Assembly (NCBI RefSeq): GCF_044704955.1
Contig: NC_091999.1
Span: 48,050,001-48,114,000, forward strand
DNA length: 64,000 nt
Direction of reading: 5' to 3'
Origin: Pristiophorus japonicus
Taxonomy: Eukaryota
Position 1 is the first letter of the stretch. Each line of letters opens with the position of its first letter. A program made the position numbers and the translations under genes. Shown here piece by piece: positions 1-11,892 of this stretch. A model generated the notes under the pieces. The model was not told the origin of the DNA, did no database searches, and saw only the letters and a list, made by a program, of their open reading frames with translations.

Positions 1-110
1 GAGACCAGAACTATCCACAGTACTCTAAGTGTGATATGGAGAACAGAACTGTACACAGCATTCTAAGTGTAATATGGAGACCAGAACTGTACACAGCACT
101 CTAAGTGTCG
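1..110. repeat. 38-bp minisatellite (gagaccagaactgtacacagtattctaagtgtgatatg), CR1-derived, in the Cmu1-Cmu2 intron of a second IgM cluster
   Basis: About 3 copies visible; the same repeat lies in the same position relative to Cmu1 at 52553-52815. Confidence 0.85.
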
Positions 111-186
111 TCTAACCAAATTTCTGTACAAGTTGAACATACCTTCTCATCTTATCACAGTTTGCCCTGTATCCAACATCACTAAC

Positions 187-370
187 CTGGCATTGCGATG
201 GCCCAGACCGACACACCACGTCAAACCTCGCAGTAGATAGTGCTGCTGCACACCTCTGACTCGGTGATGGTTAACCGGCTCTTTATCTTTCTTCCACGAA
301 AGGCTGGTGATTTTATCTTTCTTCCAGGAAAAGCTGGTAATTTTGGGGGAGTAGTCCATCGCCAAACAGC
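187..370 (-). pseudogene. IGHM: Damaged IgM Cmu1 exon fragment from a second, truncated IgH cluster
   Basis: Translates CLAMDYSPKITSFSWKKDK-ITSLSWKKDKEP and LTITESEVCSSTIYCEV*RG; donor CCAG|GTTAGT at 186; paralogous to 52895-53194; internal deletion, 30-bp duplication and missing 5' end. Confidence 0.9.
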
Positions 371-384
371 GGAAGCAGTTTCTC

Positions 385-820
385 CCTACTCAGCGCACTA
401 TGAGCTGGGCTCTATTCCATCCTATTGAATGGACGTCTCTTGAGTTTCCTCCTTCCTCCCACTCAATAAATAATCCGAATCAAATACCATTCCAAAATCC
501 GGTTAATTGGAAGTTTCTCCTTAAAACGGTCCATTTCAATTCCCATTGTTGTTCTTGTTATATAACAATGACCTGGACTTGGTTATAGGGATTCCATCTC
601 GAAGTTCGAAGATGAAGCAAAACCTGGCAACGTAGCCAATAGTGAGCATGATAGTAACAGACTTGAAGAGGAATCAGAGAGACGAGTGAAATGGGCCGGG
701 ACATGGCAGTGCAATTTAATGCGGATAATTGAGAAGCGGTGTACTTTGGGTGGAACATGGAGAGGCAGTATCATCTAAATAGTATTGTTTTGAGGGGATA
801 CAAAAACAAAAATATCTGGA
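385..820. other. Paralog of the IgM J-C intron segment 53795-54230 (includes an old CR1 fragment)
   Basis: Co-linear high similarity to 53795-54230, e.g. aataccattccaaaatcc and caaaacctggcaacgtagccaatagtgagcatgata. Confidence 0.9.
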
Positions 821-950
821 TATTGCCCCCGTTTCAATATTACTAAAAATGTTCGTAAATGCTCACTGAAAGACGATGTGTATGTGTTTTTATGTGGGGT
901 TGGGGTTGAAGCCCAGATTCTCACAGAGACAGAATCCAGGTTCTCACGGG

Positions 951-1031
951 ACCAGGATAGCCGAGTGGGTGAGGCGTTGGCCTTAAAATTCAATGGTTTT
1001 TCCCGCGTGGGTTCGTACCCCACTCCTGGTA
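951..1031 (+). tRNA. tRNA-Leu-TAA: tRNA-Leu(TAA)-derived, probable pseudogene
   Basis: ACCAGGATAGCCGAGTGG...CTTAAAA...GGGTTCGTACCCCACTCCTGGTA; acceptor and T stems intact, anticodon stem and B box mutated. Confidence 0.8.
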
Positions 1032-1740
1032 TCTCTTTAATTTTACACGGATTTCCTCCCATTCTGATCAGTGAGACCGGATTTTCATCGGTTGAATCAG
1101 CAATTTGCTGTAACAATGTGACACTCTGAACCGATAATGAAATGAAATTGTGAAATGTATCTGTGTCGTTCGGTCTCTGCCTCTCTCTCTCTCTTCAGAG
1201 AGTTTTGTATGTTTGTGTCTTTGTCTCTCTCAGTCTGACTCACTCTGTCTGTCCCTGTTTCTCTGTTTGTCTCTGTCTCTCAATCTGTCTCTTTCTCATG
1301 GTGCCACGTCTGTTCCAATGGGATTCTCTCAGACTCTTTGCCTGACTGGCTCTCTCTTTCCCATCATTTCGCTCTGTCCATGTCTTTGCCTGTCTCTGTT
1401 AGTCCCTGCCTGTAAGCTGAGAAGTATTTCCATCATTTTCTATTTTAGTCTCTATCGCTCTCTCTCTATCTGTCTCTTTCCTTGTCACTGTGTTTATCAC
1501 TGTCTTTCTCTCACTCTTTCCCTCTCTCTCTTAATAGATCACACACACACATCTCTGTATATGTATATGTTTGAGTCTTTTTCTCACTCAGTCTGCCTCT
1601 CCTGCTCAGTCTCACACTTTCTGTCTCTCGTTGTCTCTATCTCGCTGTCTGTCTCTCCCTGTTTGTCAATTTGTCTCTGTCTCTCAATGTGTCTGTCGAC
1701 TTATTTTCACAGCTCGATAACTGCTTTACCACAATCCGTA

Positions 1741-1812
1741 TTCTCATCCGCATAGTGGTGCGTATCCCTGCCTGTTACGTGGGAGAACCGGGTTCAATTC
1801 CCCAATAAACAA
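1741..1812 (+). pseudogene. tRNA-Asp-derived pseudogene (anticodon reads GTT)
   Basis: Aligns to vertebrate tRNA-Asp(GTC) body (ATAGTGGTG.GTATCCC.GCCTGT.AC...GGTTCAATTCCCC); acceptor stem broken. Confidence 0.78.
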
Positions 1813-2031
1813 GCAGCTTTTTCAAAATGTCGAATTTTACTTCTGTTTCTTGGTATCGATTCATATTAAAAAGTTTCAGAGCAATATAGAACAGTAAAGA
1901 TACAGCAAGAGGAGATTGACTCTTCCAGATTTTTTGCAAACGGAGACTTTTTCAGGAATCTGTGGCCGTCTGCTGCACAGAGATGGATGACTGACTTTTT
2001 TCTGAATAACATTTAAAGTGCCAGAGACGCA

Positions 2032-2101
2032 GTAGTTGTCGCCGAGTGGTTAACGCGATGTTTGGGTTTACCCCGCGCAGGAACGAATCCTGCCGGCTCT
2101 G
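2032..2101 (+). pseudogene. tRNA-Ser(AGA)-derived pseudogene, anticodon arm deleted
   Basis: GTAGTTGTCGCCGAGTGGTTAA...CCCCGCGCAGG..CGAATCCTGCCGGCT. Confidence 0.78.
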
Positions 2102-2636
2102 ATTCTCAGCATTTTTCATTCCATTTTACAATTTATAAAGGTTTTTGCAAAACTGATCCTGAGATCGGCGGAAGAACGTCCCACACCTTTCAACACTGAA
2201 ATCTATTTCTCATTTTTTAGGCAATATCTCAATATCTGCAATATTCAGGATGCATACAGATATAAAAACGCAAAAATCAGCCAAAGTAGCGAAAGTGATT
2301 CAGCCTGTCTATCCCTCTATATGTATAAGGCATCTGTGCATGTCCGTTGGTGCATGTATATTTTTGGTTATTTGTGCGTGTGTGTCGCTGTGTCTGTCTA
2401 TCTGTATCTATGTCCCTGTGTATGTGCAACTGTCTGTGGAAATCATCACCATGAATTTGGTATGTTCTGGAACTTTTAAAAAAGACTTGGGGAAAATAAT
2501 ACTGTTGTGAACTTTGTTATCGGCTTTGGTTCAGTGGCAGCATCCTCGACTGAAAAACGCAAAAGCCAGCCAAAGTAGCGACAGTGACCCTGCCTGCCTA
2601 TCCATCTATTTGTCTAAGGCAACCTATGTATATCTT

Positions 2637-3340
2637 GATCTGGGTGTCATGGTACATCAGTCATTGATTGTTGGTATGCAGGTGCAGAAGGCGGTAAAGA
2701 AGGCAAATGGCATGTTCGCCTTCATAGCGAGGGGATTTGAGTATAGGAGCAGGGAGGTCTTCCTACAATTGTACAACTTGGTGAGGCCACACCTTAAATA
2801 TTGTGTTCAGTTTTGGTCTCCAAATCTGAGGAAGGACGTTCTTGCTATTGAGGGAACACAGCGAAGGTTCACCAGCATGATTCCTGGAATGGCAGGACTG
2901 ACATATGAGGAGAGACTGGATCAACTGGGCTGGTATCCACTGGAGTTTAGAAGAATGAGAGGGGATCTCATAGAAACATATAACATTCTGACGAGATTGG
3001 ACAGCTTCGAGGCTGGAAGAATGTTCTCGTTGCTGGGGTGTTCGAGACAAAGGATCACAGTCTAAGAATAAGGTGCAAGCAATTTAGGACCGAGATGAGG
3101 AGAAACTTCTTCATTCAGAGCGTGGTTAACCTGTGAAATTTTCTACCGCAGAATGACGTTGAGGCCAGTTCATTAGATATATTCAAAAGGGCCCTTATGG
3201 CTAAAGAGATCAAGGGGTATGGAGAGAAAGCAGGAATGGGGTGCTGAGGTTGAACGATGGGCCATGATCTTATTGAATGGTGGTGCAGGCTCGAAGGGCC
3301 AAATGGCATATACCTGCACCTGATTTCTATATTTCTATGT
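2637..3340 (+). mobile_element. CR1 LINE 3' fragment amplified with array unit 1
   Basis: DLGVMVHQSL...LVRPHLKYCVQFWSP...LYPLEFRRMRGDLIETY-like ORF2 C-terminus, 3'UTR and (tttctatg)n tail. Confidence 0.92.
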
Positions 3341-3499
3341 TGATGCGTGTACATCTTTGGTTATTGTGTGTGTATGCCTATCTGTATGTATGTCTCTGTG
3401 TACGTGCAACTCTTTGTGGAAATCATCACGATGAATTTGGTACGTCGTGGAACTTTTTAAAAAACTTGCGGAAAATAATACGGTTGTGATCTCTGATAT

Positions 3500-3755
3500 C
3501 GGTTTTGGTTCAGTGGCTCCATTCTCGACTGAATCAGGAGGTTGTGTGTGTAAGTCCCACTTCTGAGACTTGAACACATCATCTTGGCTGACACTCAAAT
3601 GCATTACTTGGGAAATGTTGCATTGTTGAAGCTGTTGACCATCGGCTGAAGTTTTAAATTGAAGCTCCATCTGCACCCTCGGGTGGATGTGAAAGTTCCC
3701 AGAGTCTTAGTCGAAAAAGAATAGGAGAGTTGCGCCCGTGTCAATATAACGAAAA
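3500..3755 (+). mobile_element. DeuSINE (SacSINE1-like) 5' part; a copy recurs in each array unit
   Basis: tRNA-like head ggttcagtgg...gaatcaggaggttgtg..aagtcccac followed by Deu-domain-like ctcgggtggatgtgaaagttccc; similar to the fuller copy at 51525-51946. Confidence 0.7.
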
Positions 3756-3861
3756 ATGTTCGTAAATGCTCCCTGAAATCCTATGTGTCTGTGTGTCGCT
3801 GTGGGCGTGGAGCTGAAGCTCAGATTCTCACAGGCAGAGTCCAAGCTCTGACAGGATCAGG

Positions 3862-3944
3862 AACAGGATGGCCGAGTGGTAAATGCGTTGAACTTAAGAT
3901 CTAATGGGTTTATACCGGCGTGGGTTTGAACACCAATCCTGGTA
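3862..3944 (+). tRNA. tRNA-Leu-TAA: tRNA-Leu(TAA)-derived, probable pseudogene
   Basis: CAGGATGGCCGAGTGGT...CTTAAGA...TCCTGGTA; T arm damaged. Confidence 0.75.
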
Positions 3945-5133
3945 ATTCCTTAATTAAAAGTAGATTTTTCCCATCCTGCTCAGTGATACACGATTCTCAA
4001 ATGCTGAATCTCCAATTTTCTGTAACGATATGACACTCTGAGCCTATAATAAAATGAAATTGTGAAATGTATCTGTGTCGCTCGGTCTCTGCCGCTCTCT
4101 CTCTTTAGAGAGCTGTGTTTGTGTTTGTGTGTTTGAGTCTTTGTCTCTCTCAGTCTGCCTCTCTCTGACACACTCTGTCTGTCCCTGTTTCTCTGTTTGT
4201 CTCTGTCTCTCAATCTGTCTCTTTCTCACGGTGTCTAGTTCTGTTGCAATGGGATTCTCTCAGACTCTCTGTCTGACTGTCTCTCTCTGTCCCATTATCT
4301 CTTTCTGTCCATGTCTTTGCCTGCCTCTGTTAGTCCCTGACTCTAACCTGATAAGTATTTCCATTATTTTCTGTTTTTGTCTCTGATTATCTCACTCTCT
4401 CTCTATCTGTCTTTCTCTCTATATGTCTCCCTCTTTGTCTCTCTCTTTGTCCCTGTCCTTTTCTCTGTCATTTCATCGCTATTTGCCTCCCTCTCTTTAT
4501 GGAGCACGCAAATGCATCTCTGTGTATGTATGTGTTTGAGTCTTTTTCTCATTCAGTCTGGTCCAGCTTTCACACTCAATGTTTATGTCTCTCTTTGTCT
4601 CTATCTCACTGTCTGTCTCTCCCTGTTTCCCTGTTTGTCTCTGGTTCTCAATGTGTCTGTCTCTTTCTCACCGTGTCCAGTTCTGTTCGAATGGGATTCT
4701 CTCAATCTCTCTGTCTGACTGTCTCACTCTTTCCCATCATCTCTGTCTGTCTATGTTTCTGCCTGTCTGTCTCTCTTTGCCTGTCGCTGGTAGTTCCTGT
4801 CTCTAACCTGCTGCGTATTTCCATCATTTTCTGTTTATATCTTTGTCTCTCTCTCTATCTGTCGCTCTCTCTCTATCTGTCTCTCACCTTATCACTGTCT
4901 TTCTCTCACTCTTTCCCTCTCTCTTTTTATAGATCACACACACGCATCTGTGTATATTTAGGTGTTTGAGTCTTTTTCTCGCTGTCTCTGACTGACTTTT
5001 CAGTCTCACCCTTTCTGTCTCTCGTTGTCTCTCTCTCGCTGTCTGCCTATCCCTGTTTATCGGTTTGTCTCTGTCGATCAATGTTTCTGTCGACTTCGGT
5101 TCACAGCTGGATTACTGCTCTGACGCAACCCGT

Positions 5134-5206
5134 TCTCTCGTCCCTGTCGTGCCGATTATGCCCCCCTTTTACGCGGGAGAACCAGGTTCAATTCCCCGAC
5201 GGAAAA
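5134..5206 (+). pseudogene. tRNA-Asp-derived pseudogene, heavily decayed
   Basis: 3' half ACGCGGGAGAACCAGGTTCAATTCCCCGACGG at the homologous array position. Confidence 0.7.
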
Positions 5207-5424
5207 GCAGCTTTTTCTAAATGTCGAATTTTACTTCTGTTTCTTGGTATAGATTTTATTAAAGAGTTCCACAGCAATATAGAACAGTAAAAATACAGCA
5301 AGAGGAGATTGCCTCTTACAGATCTTTTGCAAACGGAGACTTTTTCAGGATTCTGTGGCCGTCTGTTGAACAGAGATGGATGACTGAGTTTTTTCTGAGT
5401 AACATTTAAAGGGCCAGAGACGCA

Positions 5425-5505
5425 GTCGTTGTTGCCGAGTGGTTAAAGCGACGGTCCAGAAATCCTTTCGGTTTTCTGCGTGAGTTTCGAATCCTGCCGG
5501 CTACG
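5425..5505 (+). pseudogene. tRNA-Ser(AGA)-derived pseudogene
   Basis: GCCGAGTGGTTAAAGCG...AGAAATCC...TTCGAATCCTGCCGGCTACG. Confidence 0.78.
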
Positions 5506-6025
5506 ATTCACAGCATTTTTCATTCCATTTTACAATTTAACCAGGTTTTTGCAAAACGGATCCTGAGATCGGCAGAATAACGTCCCACACATTTCAACAC
5601 TGACATCTATTTCTCATTTTTATTCATCTGCAATATTCATGATTCATACGGATAGAAAAACGCAAAAATCAGCCAAAGTAGCGACAGTGATTCAGCCTGT
5701 CTATCCGTCTATATGTCAAAATCATGTCTGTTGGTGCATGTATATTTTTGGTTATGTGTGTGGGTGTGTGTGTCTCTGAGTCTTTCTATCTGTATATATG
5801 TCTCTGTGTATTTGCAACTGTCTGTGGAAATCATCACCATGAATTTGGTATGTGCTGGAACATTTTTAAAAAGACTTGGGGAAAATAATACGGTTGTGAA
5901 CTTTGGTATCGGCTTTGGTTCAGTGGCAGTATCCTCGACTGAAAAACGCAAAAGACAGCCAAAGTTGCGACAGTGACCCTGCCTGTCTATCCATCTACTT
6001 GTTTAAGGCAATCTTTGTATATCTT

Positions 6026-6743
6026 GATCTGGGTGCCATGGTACATCAGTCATTGATTGTTGGTATGCAGGTGCAGCAGATGGTGAAGAAGGCAAATGGC
6101 ATGTTCCCCTTCATAGCTAGGGGATTTGAGTATAGGAGCAGGGAGGTCTTACTGCATTTGAACAGGGCCTCCGTGAGGCCACACCTGGAATACTGTGTTC
6201 AGTTTTGGTCTCCGAATCTGAGGAAGGACGTCCTTGATATTGAGGGAGTACAGCGTAAGTTCACCAGCATGATTCCCGGGATGGCAGGACTGACATATGA
6301 GGAGAGACTGGATGAACTGGACTGGTATCCACTGGAGTTTAGCAGAATGAGAGGAGATCAGAAGAAACATGAAAAATTGTGACGAAATTGGACAGCTTAG
6401 AGGCTGGAAGCATGTTCTCGCTGCTGAGGAGTTCGAGACCAAGGATCACAGTCTAAGAGTAAGGGGTAAGCCATTTAGAAACCGAAATGAAGAGAAACGT
6501 CTTCACTCAGAGAGTGGATAACCTCTGAAATTTTCCACTGCAGAAAGTCGTTGAGGCCAGTTCATTAGATATATTCAAAAGGGAGTTAGATATTGCCCTT
6601 ACGGCTAAAGGGATGAAGGGGTATAAAGAGGAAGCAGGAAAGGGGTACTGAGGTTGAATGATCAGCCATGATGTTATTAAATGGTAGTGCAGGCTCGAAG
6701 GACCGAATGGCATATTCCTGCACCTAATTTCTATGTTTCTATG
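6026..6743 (+). mobile_element. CR1 LINE 3' fragment amplified with array unit 2
   Basis: Same 5' truncation point as 2637-3340; ORF2 C-terminal motifs and tail. Confidence 0.92.
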
Positions 6744-7259
6744 GTGATGCGTGTATATTTTTGGTTATTGTGTGTGCGTGTGTCTGTGTATCTCTCTGTA
6801 TGTATGTCTCTGTGTGTGTCCAACTGTCTGTGGAAATCATCACCATGAATTTGGTACGACCTGGAACTTTTTAAAAAACTTGGGGAAAATCATACAGTTG
6901 TGAACTTTGGTATCGGTTTTGGTTCAGTGGCTCCTTTCTCGACTGAATCAGGAGGTTGTGTGTGGAAGTCCCACTCCTGAGACTTGAACCCATAATCTTG
7001 GCTGACACTCAAATGCAGTACTTGGGGAATGTTGCATTCTTGAAGCTGTTGACCATCAGCTGAAATTTTAAATTGAAGCTCCATCTGCACCCTCGGGTGG
7101 ATGTGCAAGTTCCCAGAGCCTTAGTCGAAAAATAATAGGAGAGTTGCGCCCGTGTCAATATAACGAACAATGTTTGTAAATGCTTCCTGAAATCCGATAT
7201 GTCTGGAGCTGAAGCCCAGATTTTCACAGAGGCAGAGTCCATCCTTTGACAGGATCAAG

Positions 7260-7342
7260 ACCAGGATGGCCGAGTGGGAAAAGCGTTAGACTTAAAATCT
7301 AATGGGTTTATACCCGCGTGGGTTCGAACCCCACTCCTGGTA
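7260..7342 (+). tRNA. tRNA-Leu-TAA: tRNA-Leu(TAA), best-preserved copy, possibly functional
   Basis: 83 nt; acceptor ACCAGGA/TCCTGGT, anticodon TTAGA-CTTAAAA-TCTAA, variable GGGT/ACCC and T arm GTGGG-TTCGAAC-CCCAC all pair; one D-stem mismatch; T-run about 20 nt downstream. Confidence 0.85.
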
Positions 7343-8481
7343 ATTCCTTAATTAAACAGATATTTTTCCCATCCTGCTCAGTGATACCCGATTTTCATCT
7401 GCTGAATCTCTAGTTTTCTGTAACTATGTGACACTCTGAGCAGATAATGAAATGAAATTGTGAAATGTCTCTGCCGCACTCTCTCTTTCGAGAGCTGTGC
7501 ATGTGTTTGTGTGTTTGAGACTTTGTCTCACTCTGACCCACTCTGTCTGTCGCTGTCTCTCAATCTGTCTCTTTCTCACGGTGTCTAGTACTGTTGCAAT
7601 GGGATTCTCTCAGACTCTCTGTCTGACTGTCTCTCTCTTTCCCATTATCTCTGTCTGTCCATGTCTTTGCCTGTCTCTGTTAGTCCCTGTCTCTAACTTG
7701 ATAAGTATTTCCATTATTTTCTGTGTTTGTCTCTATGTCTCTCTCTCTCTATCTGTCTTTCTCTCTATCTGTCGCCCTCTTTTTCTCTCTCTTTGTCCCT
7801 GTCCTTTTCTCTGTCATTCCATCACTATTTGCCCCCCCTCTCTTTTTGGAGCACGCAAATACATCTCTGTGTATGTATGTGTTTGAGTCTTTTTCTCATT
7901 CAGTCTGATCCTCCCTTTCAGTCTCAAACTTTCTGTCTCACTTTGTCTCTATCTCACTGTCTGTCTCTCCCTGTTTCCCTGTTTGTCTCTGGTTCTGAAT
8001 CTGTCTGTCTCTTTCTCACGGTGTCCAGTTCTGTTCGAAAGGGATTCACTCAGTCTCTCTGTCTGACTGTCTCACTCTTTCTCATCATCTCTGTCTGTCT
8101 ATGTTTCTGCCTATCTCTCTCTCTTTGCCTGTCGCTGGTCGTTGCTACCTCTAACTTGCTGAGCATTTCCATCATTTTCTGTTTATATCTGTCTCTCTCT
8201 CTATCTGTCGCTCTCTCTCTATCTGTCTCTCTCCTTGTCACTGTCTTTCTCTCACTCTTTCCCTCTCTCTCTTTATAGATCACACACACACATCTCTGTA
8301 TATGTAGGTGTTTGAGTCTTTTTCTCACTGAGTCTGCCTCACTTTTCAGTCTCACCCTTTCTGTCTCGCGTTGTCTCTCTCTCTCGCTGTCTGTCTGTCC
8401 CCGTTTGTCGGTTTGTCTCTGTCGATCAATGTGTCTGTCGACTTCTGTTCATAGCTCGATTACTGCTCTAACGCAACCCGT

Positions 8482-8554
8482 ACCCTCGTCCGTTTAGTGG
8501 TGATTATCCCCGCTTGTTATGGGGGAGAACCGGGTTCAATTTCCCGACGTCGCA
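8482..8554 (+). pseudogene. tRNA-Asp-derived pseudogene (anticodon reads GTT)
   Basis: CCTCGTCCGTTTAGTGGTGATTATCCCCGCTTGTTAT...GGGTTCAATTTCCCGACG. Confidence 0.75.
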
Positions 8555-8773
8555 GCAGTTTTTTCAAAATGTCGAATTTTACTTCTGTTTCTTGGTTTCG
8601 ATTTTATTAAAAAGTTCCAGAGCAATATAGAACAGTAAAAATACAGCAAGAGGAGATTGCCTCTTCCAGGTTTTTATGCAAACGGAGACTTTTTCAGGAT
8701 TCTGTTGCCGTCTGCTGCACAGAGATGGACGACTGAGTTTTTTCTGAGTAACATTTAAAGTGCCAGAGACGCA

Positions 8774-8855
8774 GTAATTGTGGCCGAGCGGTTAAAGCGA
8801 TGGACTAGAAATACTTTGGGTTTGCTGCGTGTAGGTTCGAATCCTGCCGACTACA
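8774..8855 (+). tRNA. tRNA-Ser-AGA: tRNA-Ser(AGA), best-preserved Ser copy, probably pseudogene
   Basis: GTAATTGTGGCCGAGCGGTTAAAGCGATGGACTAGAAAT...GGTTCGAATCCTGCCGACTAC; anticodon stem mismatches. Confidence 0.8.
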
Positions 8856-9378
8856 ATTCTCAGCATTTTTCTTTACAATTTAACCAGGTTTTGCAAAACT
8901 GATCCTGAGATAGATGGAATAACGTCCCAAACCTTTCAACACTGAAATTTTTTTCACATTTCTATTAGTCTGCAATATTCACGATACATACGGATAGAAA
9001 AATGCAAAAATCAGCCAAAGTAGTGATTCAGCCTGTCTATCCCTCGATATGTCTAAGTCATCTGTGCATGTCCGTTGGTGCCTGTATATTTTTGGTTATG
9101 TGTGTGTGTGTGTGAGTGTGTGTGTGTGTGTCTGTATCTGTCTATCTGTATATATGTCTCTGTGTATGTGCAACTGTCTGTGGAAATCATCACCATGAAT
9201 TTGGTATGTCCTGGAACTTTTTCAAAAGACTTGGAGAAAATAATACGTTTGTGACGTTGCATTGGCTTTGGTTCAGTGGCAGCATTCTCGACGGACAAAT
9301 GCAAAGGCCAGCCAAAGCAGCGACAGTGACCCTGCCTGTCTATCCGTCTATTTGTCTAAGGCACTCTGTGTACATCTT

Positions 9379-10103
9379 GATCTGGGTGTCATGCTACATC
9401 TTTCATTGAAAGTGGGCATGCAAGTGCAACAGGCAGTGAAGAAGGCAAATGGCATGTTCGCCTTCATAGCTAGGTGCTTTGAATTTAGGAGCAGGAAAGT
9501 CTTCCTGCAGTTGTACAGGGCCTTGGTGAAGCCACACGTTAAATATTTTGTTAGTTTTGGTCTCCAAATCTGAGGAAGGACGTCCTTGCTATTGATGGAG
9601 AACAGCGAAGGTTCACCAGCTTGATTCCAGGGATAGCAGGACTGACATATGAGGATAGACTGGATCAGCTCTGCTCGTATCCACTGGAGTTTAGAAGAAT
9701 GAGAGGGGATCTGATAGAAACATATAAAATTCTGACGAGATTGGACAAGTGAGAGGCAGGAAGAATGTTTCTGTTGCTGGGGAGTTCGAGAACCAGGGGT
9801 CACAGTCTAAGAATAAGGGGTAAGCCATTGAGGACCAAGATGAGGAGAAAGAGCTTAATTCAGAGAGTGGTTAACCTGTGGAATTCTCTACCGCAGAAAG
9901 TTGTTGAAGCCAGTTCATTAGATATATTGAAGAGGGAGTCAGATATGGCTCTTACGGCTCAAGGGATCAAGGGATATGGAGGGAAAGGAGGATATAGGTA
10001 CTGAGGTTGAATGATCTGCCATGATCTTATTGAATGGTGGTGCAGGCTCGAAGGGCCAACGGCCTACTCCTGCAACTAATTTCTATGTTTCTATGTTTCT
10101 ATG
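9379..10103 (+). mobile_element. CR1 LINE 3' fragment amplified with array unit 3
   Basis: Same truncation point as in units 1-2; tail (tttctatg)3. Confidence 0.92.
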
Positions 10104-10623
10104 TTGATGCGTGTATATTTTTGGTTATTTTATGTGTGTGTGTGTCTGTCTATGTCTATCTGTATGTATGTCTCTGTGTCTGTGCAACTGTCTATGGAAA
10201 TCATCACCAAGAATTTGGTATGTCCTGGAACTTTTTAAAAAACTTGGGGAAAATAATACGCTTGTGATCTTTGGTATCGGCTTTGTTTCAGTGGCTCCAT
10301 TCAAAAGGTCGTTTGTGTAAGTCCCTCTCCTGAGACTTGAGCGCATCATCTTGGCTGACACTCAAATGCAGTACTTAGGGAATTTTGCATTGTTGAGGCT
10401 GTTGACCATCGGATGAAATGTAAAATTAAAGCTCCGCCTGCACCCTCGGATGGATGTGAAAGGTCCCAGAGCATTACTCGAAAAAGAATCGGAGAGTTGC
10501 CCTCGTGTCAATATCACTAAAAATGTTCGAACATCCTCGCTGAAACCCTCTGTGTGTGTGTGTGTCTGTGGGGGTGGCGCTGAAGCCCAAATTCTGACAG
10601 AGACAAAGCCCGTTTCTGCCAGG

Positions 10624-10706
10624 CCCAGGATGGCTGAGTGGTTAATGTGTTGGACTTAAAATCCAATGAAATTATAATTGCGCGGGTTCGAACCCCACAA
10701 CTGGTA
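10624..10706 (+). tRNA. tRNA-Leu-TAA: tRNA-Leu(TAA)-derived, probable pseudogene
   Basis: CCAGGATGGCTGAGTGGTTAA..TTGGACTTAAAATCCAA...GGGTTCGAACCCC; acceptor mismatches. Confidence 0.78.
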
Positions 10707-11021
10707 ATTGCTTAATTAAACAGAGATTATTTCCCATGCTGCTCAGTGATACCCGATTTACATCTGTTGCATTTGCATGTTTCGGTGACACTCTGAGCAG
10801 ATAATGAAATGTATCTGTGTCGCTCAGTCTTTGCCTCTCTCTTTCGCAAGCTGTGTTTGTGTCTTTGTCTCTCGAAGTCTGCCTCTGTCTTGTTCTCACT
10901 GTGTCCAATTCTGTTCCAAAGGGATTCTGTCTGACCGTCTCTCTCTTTCCCTTCATCTCTGTCCATATCTTAACCTGTCTGTGTTGGTCCCTGTCTCTCA
11001 CCTGATGAGTCATTCCATCAT

Positions 11022-11195
11022 NNNNNNNNNNNNNNNNNNNNNNNNNNNNNNNNNNNNNNNNNNNNNNNNNNNNNNNNNNNNNNNNNNNNNNNNNNNNNNN
11101 NNNNNNNNNNNNNNNNNNNNNNNNNNNNNNNNNNNNNNNNNNNNNNNNNNNNNNNNNNNNNNNNNNNNNNNNNNNNNNNNNNNNNNNNNNNNNNN
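11022..11195. other. Assembly gap (N run) inside the array
   Basis: Run of N. Confidence 0.99.
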
Positions 11196-11892
11196 TCTTG
11201 TCATTCCATCACTATTTGCCTCCCTCTCTTTATGGAGCACGCAAACACATCTCTGTGTATGTAAGTATTTGAATCTTTGTGTCACTCAGTCTGACCCTCA
11301 CTCTCAGTCTAAAACTTTCTGTCTCTCTCTGTCTCTATCTCGCTATCTGTCTCTCCCTGTTTCCCTGTTTGTCTCTGTCTCTCAATGAGTCTGTCTCTTT
11401 CTCACGGTGTCCAATTCTGTTCGAATGGGATTCTCTCAGTCTCTCTGTCTGACTGCCTCTCTCTTTCCCATCATCTCTGTCTGTCTATGCCTCTGCCTGT
11501 CTGTATCTCTTTTCCTGTCGCTGTTAGTTCCTGTCTTTAACCTGCTGAGTATTTCCATCATTGTCTGTTTATATCTTTGTCTCTCTCTCTATCTGTCGCT
11601 CTCTCTCTATCTGTCTCTGTCCTTGTCACTGTCATTAACACTGTCTTTGTCTCACTCTTTCCCTCTCTCTCTTTATAGAGCACACACATATCTCTGTATA
11701 AGTATGTGTTTGAGTTTTTTTCTCCATTCGTCTGCCTCTCGTTCTCAGTCTCACACTTTCTGTCTCTCGTTCTCTCTATCTCGTTGTCTGTCTCTCCCTG
11801 TTTGTCCGTTTGTCTCTGTCTCTCAATGTGTCTCTCCACTTCTCATGGAGTCCAGTTCTCTTCACAGTTCGATCCCTGCTTTGACTAAATCC

